DNA of 64,000 bases from the human T2T-CHM13v2.0 reference genome, Homo sapiens. Under the pieces are notes generated by a model. That model was given only the letters and a program-made list of their open reading frames with translations. It ran no database searches and was not told the DNA's origin. Position 1 is the stretch's first letter. Every line of letters starts with the position of its first letter. The DNA lies in assembly GCF_009914755.1 (NCBI RefSeq), contig NC_060932.1; one strand, 5' to 3'. The translations under genes and the position numbers were made by a program. Shown here piece after piece: positions 58,500 to 64,000 of the stretch.

Positions 58500-58675
58500 T
58501 TTTTTCCTTTCTTCTTTGTTTTTTAATAGAGACAGGGTCTTCCTCTGTCACCCAGGCTGGAGTGCAGTGGTGCAATTGTAGCTCACTGTAGTCTCATACG
58601 CCTAGACTCAAGTGATACTCTCACCTCAGCCTCCTGAAGTGTTAGGATTACAGGCATGAGGCACCACACCTGGCC
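58500..58675 (-). mobile_element. Monomer-length old Alu (FRAM-like or left/right-arm chimera)
   Basis: Right-arm 3' end joined to a left-arm-like 5' end. attcagctat is repeated on both flanks. Confidence 0.8.
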
Positions 58676-59772
58676 AGTTTGTTTTAATTCAGCTATTTTA
58701 CAGTCAAAAAAATCATCTTGGTAAAAGAGATTTGCTAGGCTTTACAAATGTTTTGAGGTCATGGAAACTTCATTTTTTTAACAAAAAAAAACCACATGAA
58801 ATTGAAAAAGTACTTAGGATAACGTACAGGTGAATATATGTGTATATACACAGGCAAAACATGTGGCATATAATAAAATGCATTCCGTGATGTAGAGCCC
58901 TTTCCATCTAAACAAACACTCCTGTATCTTGAACTTCCTCATGGGACCCATCTTTTGCTGCCCATCTTCACTGAGATCTGGCTTTTACAGGAGGACCCCC
59001 CATCCCCTGTGACCTTTTCAGACTCATGTGTCCACTCTCCCACATTCCACATGCCTTAGAATATGTCAGGAAGTGGGCCTCCTACCCTTCATCCTCCCTA
59101 ACTGTCCTCACTCTCTGTCAGCAAAACCGTCCCGTTAACAGCACTTCTGGAGCGAGATATAACCTCAGCTTATGTTTCTGTTTATGTTGGGGAAGAATGG
59201 GAACCTCCCTCTCCTCTCTGATTCTCATTCTCTAAAAACTCTTGGTTATTCCAATTCTTGGATTAATGAACTTTGTTTTTCTTTCATAAACATATTCTTC
59301 TGATCTTGATTTTATTGTACTGTTATGTTTATTCTAATAACCAAAGCTGCCTCTCTTTTTCAAAAAAAAAAAATGACACATGCATTGTCTATGCAAAGGC
59401 AGTTGCATGTTTCTTGTAGGCAGCTTTCTGATTACTATTTGAATGTTATTGGAAAGAAATTGGATTTTCTGTGCATGCCTGATTCCCCTGCATGCATGCT
59501 TTTGTCAAAATTTTGACACAGTAAATACAGACCTCCTCCATGCGGACTCCAATTGATTAATTAAAGGGGAGATTCATTGCTAAATTGTCAGCAGCTGTTG
59601 GCTAGAACAGAGGCTGAGGAGTCATACACCAAAAAGGCTAGCAGTGGAAAAGGACCATTTCTAGAGAATTCTGTGGAAAATTTTCTACTTAATCTGAACC
59701 TTTTGTGGTCCATAGACTAGGATATTTGATTTATTTTCTATTTAAAGACAAGCAACTCACATTAAACACTTT

Positions 59773-59994
59773 TTATTATACTTTAAGTTCTGGGATACAC
59801 GTGCCATGATGGTTTGCTGTACCCATCAACCCATCATCTACATTAGGTATTTCTCCTAATGCTCTCCCTCCCCTAGCCCCCCACCCTCCCGACAGGCCCC
59901 AGTGTGTGATGTTCCCCTCCATGTGTCCATGTGTTCTCATTGTTCAACTCCCATTTATGAGTGAGAACATGCAGTGTTTGGTTTTCTGTTCCTG
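59773..59994 (-). mobile_element. 5'-truncated L1PA (PA7/8-like) 3'UTR fragment
   Basis: ttattatactttaagttctggg...ctcccatttatgagtgagaacatgcagtgtttggttttctgttcc. TSD taaacacttt (59763-59772 / 59995-60004). Confidence 0.9.
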
Positions 59995-61799
59995 TAAACA
60001 CTTTGTTTTCATTTCTTTTTTTTTTGACCAAGAGTTAAGAAATGCATGGCAAGACACATTGTTCAATACCAAGACATTTCATCAGCATCAAAAGGCACAG
60101 CCAAGAAATGCCATTCACTTGGTACAAGACCATGGTGAAGACCACTGAGGAAGAAAAAGCTAAGACAACTTCAATTTATAAGCTCTCTGAGTGATGCAAT
60201 CCCATATTCTCAGTTCTGTCATCAATAGGGAATGTGCATGACCATGTGGAATTTCAGATCTGTTCAGAATGGTAAACAAAAGAAGAAACTTCTAACTAAT
60301 ATCAAGAGCAGAGGATGTCAAGAATTAGGGTTTGATCCATAGGCATAGTTAGTGATTGTCAGGGGAAATAAGAAAAGACAAAAGGGAAGAAGTCAGTAGC
60401 CAAGGAGAGACTCATGGGAGAAAGGGTTCAGATGATAGAACTCCCTAGTAAGTCATGTCAGTGACAATTCCTAAAGGTAATTCCTGATCCTCTCACAAAA
60501 GCTAAAGTTCAAATTTTCTCCATCTGCACTCGCTCTTGCCAGGAGCTCATAAATTTGGGAACACACCAGGGCTCTGACCTAACCATGATGGAGAACTCAG
60601 CTGGGAGAACAGGCTATCCTCTGAGCTGCTACACACGGCTCCAGGGGCCACCTGTGAGTCACAGCCTGTGGGAGGTTGGGGAACATCTGGTCAAGTTCAT
60701 CTCTTGCCAGCACCAAGGGTCTGACTCTGATACTGGTGTCTGTTTTAAGTGTACCTCTCTCTCCAACACAGCATCTTTGGAACATCAGGATGTTGCATAA
60801 TGACTGAGTGGGATCCAAAAACGAAGCCACACATGTAGAACTATGAGAAACCACATGTGGAAAAGAAAAATAACCTCGGCTTCAATTTTTTTTTTTATTC
60901 TCAAAGCAGTAAATGTGTTGGAAGCCATGTTGAATATCTGATACAGACTGAGAATGGATGAGGATGTGCTGTCCTGATAGACTCCTGTGCTAAAGAGACT
61001 TAGGGGTATTTTCAAAATAACCTTATTAGCTACCATTCATGCCATATGCCTTATAAACATTATCCCTGATTATCCAATACACCGCAAAGTGGCTATTACT
61101 ATTATCCTTTTTCCAATTAGAAAACTAACCACTGAAACAATAACTGTCTCACAAAGCTTCCACAGCTGGTAAATGAAAAAGGTAGGCTTGGACACAATTT
61201 CCTTTGTCCCCAAAGCTTACAGTCTTCCTACTCATTATGCTTTCTTCCCTATCCATCTAGAAATGAAAAAACTTGCATGAGGGAAGACTCCCTGAGCTTG
61301 CTCAACTCTCAAAAGTAGCAGAGGGTAGCCAGGGGCTGTGAAGTTCCATGTGCCACTGATGCAGCCCCGCCCCCGGTGAAGGGAAGTAGCAGTCACTGAA
61401 TCCCTTACCACTAGGCAATCCCCTTTTGGTGTGAGTCTCAAAGAAGGCACAGAAGATTTTCCACATCCTGAGTCCATCTTTATGTGGATGAAATCAGGTT
61501 AAGATAAACATTTCTGGCTTTACTTAAAAGATGCTAAAGAAAGACCAAGAGTGGGGACTGAAAGGGGAAAGGGAAGACAGCAGTGTGCACCTTGCCTTGA
61601 TGCTTCGGTAAGTGACTACTGAGAGTCAGAAGGACCTGGGTTTCTTATTAATTGTTCATTTTAAGTAAAAAGTCCATTAAAGACTAATTGGGTGACCTTG
61701 AAACAAGTGCCTAAGCTCTCCATACCACCATTTCCACATAGAATTTGTGTATACACTAATAAGTACCTACTCCGTACCCAGTCTACCCACATATTTTTT

Positions 61800-62035
61800 A
61801 ACATTGACTTTAATTTTCACCCAACTACTTATTTCAAAAATTTTCAAATGTACAGAAAAATTGAAAGAATAGTACAATATGCCCTTCAGCTAGATTTGCC
61901 TGTTGTTAACATTTTGACACATTTGCTTTATTCTGCATGTATGTGTGTATTATTTTGGGAAACCACTTGAAAGTTAGGCGCAGATATCAGGCCACTTCAC
62001 CCCTCACTACTTCAGCAAATAACTCCTAAGAATGC
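61800..62035 (-). mobile_element. Old L1MC-like 3' fragment
   Basis: aattttcaaatgtacagaaaaattgaaagaatagtacaa...ttgttaacattttgacacatttgcttt...ttgaaagtta. Confidence 0.6.
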
Positions 62036-62389
62036 AGTGTTAAGAAGCAGAGATCTTTCACATCAAGAGGTTGTCCCACTCTTGGTGATGCATACCCTCC
62101 TCACTTTTTAAATGATGACCTGTGCCTTTGACACAACATTGAGTGGCTTTTGTTTCCAAATCACACGGCAAATCCAACAGCTGAGACCTAACAGCAGGAA
62201 ATAGGCTATGACTATTTTAATTTAACCACATATTAAGCCCTTGTTATGTGCTCTTCTGTCAAGCACAATATGTTTTCCACACATACGCATGAACACATAC
62301 CTGTACATACATATCCATTATACATGTAAGAGAATGTCAGGCTAAAATTGATTGGAGACTGCAAAGCTGATGCTGAAAAAAGTCAGATC

Positions 62390-62721
62390 TGAAAATGCTT
62401 AGACTGGGGAATTTATAAACAACAGAAATTTACTGCTCATGGTTCTGTAGGCTGGGAAATCCAAGATCAAGGTACCAGGAGATTCAGTGTCCAGTGAGGG
62501 CACATTCTTCACAAATGACATCTTCTTGTTGTCTTCTCACATGATAGAAGGAGCAAAAAGCTCCCTCATGCCTCTTTTAAAAGAGTACTCATCCCATTCA
62601 TTAGGGTGGAGCCCTCATAGCCTAATCACCTCCCAAAGGCTTCAGCTTCTAATACCATCACCTTGAGGGTCAAGTTTCAACATACGAATTTAGGGCGGAC
62701 ACAAACATTCACACCATAGCA
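62390..62721 (-). mobile_element. MLT1A-like solo LTR
   Basis: ttagactggggaatttataaacaacagaaatttactgctcatggttctg...gacacaaacattcacaccatagca. Confidence 0.8.
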
Positions 62722-64000
62722 GGACCAAAGTAAGTCAGAGGCATGGGTATGAATTTCCTTCTTTCACAGAGCTCATTAATTCTCAGCTACAGTGTGTAAT
62801 AACTCACTCAACCTTTAGCAGCAGCTCTTGTCAAAAAAAATTCCCTCAATTCAGTCCTGTGACATCTACTATGTCCCATAAGAAAGTAGAGAAGTGATAG
62901 TATCATCAAACTGAAGCCAGCTCACAACAGTACTTGTCAATGGGCTCTTTTTGCCCCTTCCTCCGCTTCTTCTTGACTTTGTTCCAACCCTCAAGGGCTT
63001 AGAAATCACAGCTGGCAAGATCAGGGAGGATAAACAACACACATAGAAAAGAGCAAAGAAGCCAATCAAAATCCTTGCCCAGTCATAAACTTGAGGCTTC
63101 AGTCTGCAAGAAGCCCAGGATCCAGTTCTACATTTTGAGAGGAAAAAAGTTGACATTAAATCAAGGTCAGCATTATTATTATTATTACAACACCAGACTT
63201 GATATATTATGAATTTATTTGACACTGCATCTGAAACTGAATGGCACTATAGAAACTTCTCTTACCTAAAAATAACACCAGAAATCATAAATATCAAAGC
63301 AAATACAATGAAACATGAACTCCCCATGAATGACTGAAGACTCCTTAGGCCAATATCAAAGAAGATTTGATGGGAGAATATTCCAGTCCAAATAAGAGTG
63401 ACCAGGCCCCATTTTACTTCTAGGCCAAGGCTTTTTAACCTGAAGTCCATGGTCCCTTAAAAAGCAACAAGCAAAGTTTTATGTATATATGCACATGCTC
63501 CATTCCCCAGAAAAGAATCCACAGCTTTTATCAGAGTCACAGGAAAGGTTAAAATTATTCTCAAATCAGAGAACCTCTGGAAGATCAGGACAATCTTAGA
63601 CTTTGACTTTAGATCCAGGTTTATTTCTCCTTCTGATGCAGTGCTGTTCCGTCCCCAGCCAATTCTATTCTAAAATGGCCCTGAGAGGTAGCATACAGAT
63701 TGAACCACACTTCAGAGGCTCTTTGGATGTGGTTCCAGAACATTTGTAGTTTAGACCTGGAAGAGATAGAAATTAGCTTTGAAATTTACAATGTAGTTGT
63801 CTAGGTTATAGAAACATCTCCCAAGAAGTTCGTAGCTCATTGAGGTCATCTTTGTTCTGACTACATTTTGACTCTCGTTATTGAGTTGGGATACACATGG
63901 TTTTGAATCTTTGACATAAAATGCATGTAACCCAAGTGGTTTGCTTTCCTGATGCTCAACTCAATTCCTGAAAATTGGCCTTCCAAGGCATTGGCCTGTC

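Overview
Primate, very likely human, non-coding genomic DNA (intronic or intergenic). It is densely filled with interspersed repeats and has no recognisable host protein-coding exon. The dominant feature is a full-length 6-kb LINE-1 (42513-48568, +) with a 12-bp TSD. Its 3'UTR carries the ACG/A diagnostics, an intermediate between L1PA2 and pre-Ta L1HS. ORF1 and ORF2 are disabled, but the 71-aa antisense ORF0 is intact. Also present are a complete THE1A-like MaLR provirus nested in a Tigger3b-like DNA transposon, two solo THE1 LTRs with perfect TSDs, many MLT1/MLT2 LTRs, eight Alu-family elements, MER/MIR/L2/CR1 relics and microsatellites. The most unusual structure is a cluster of templated rearrangements at 39.87-40.51 kb, including a 107-bp inverted copy of nearby DNA inserted inside an Alu. 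All 11 LTR elements I could recognise lie on the minus strand. I found no evidence for a new multi-gene system. Repeat subfamily names come from recalled consensus sequences, not from a database search, and boundaries of old repeats are approximate.
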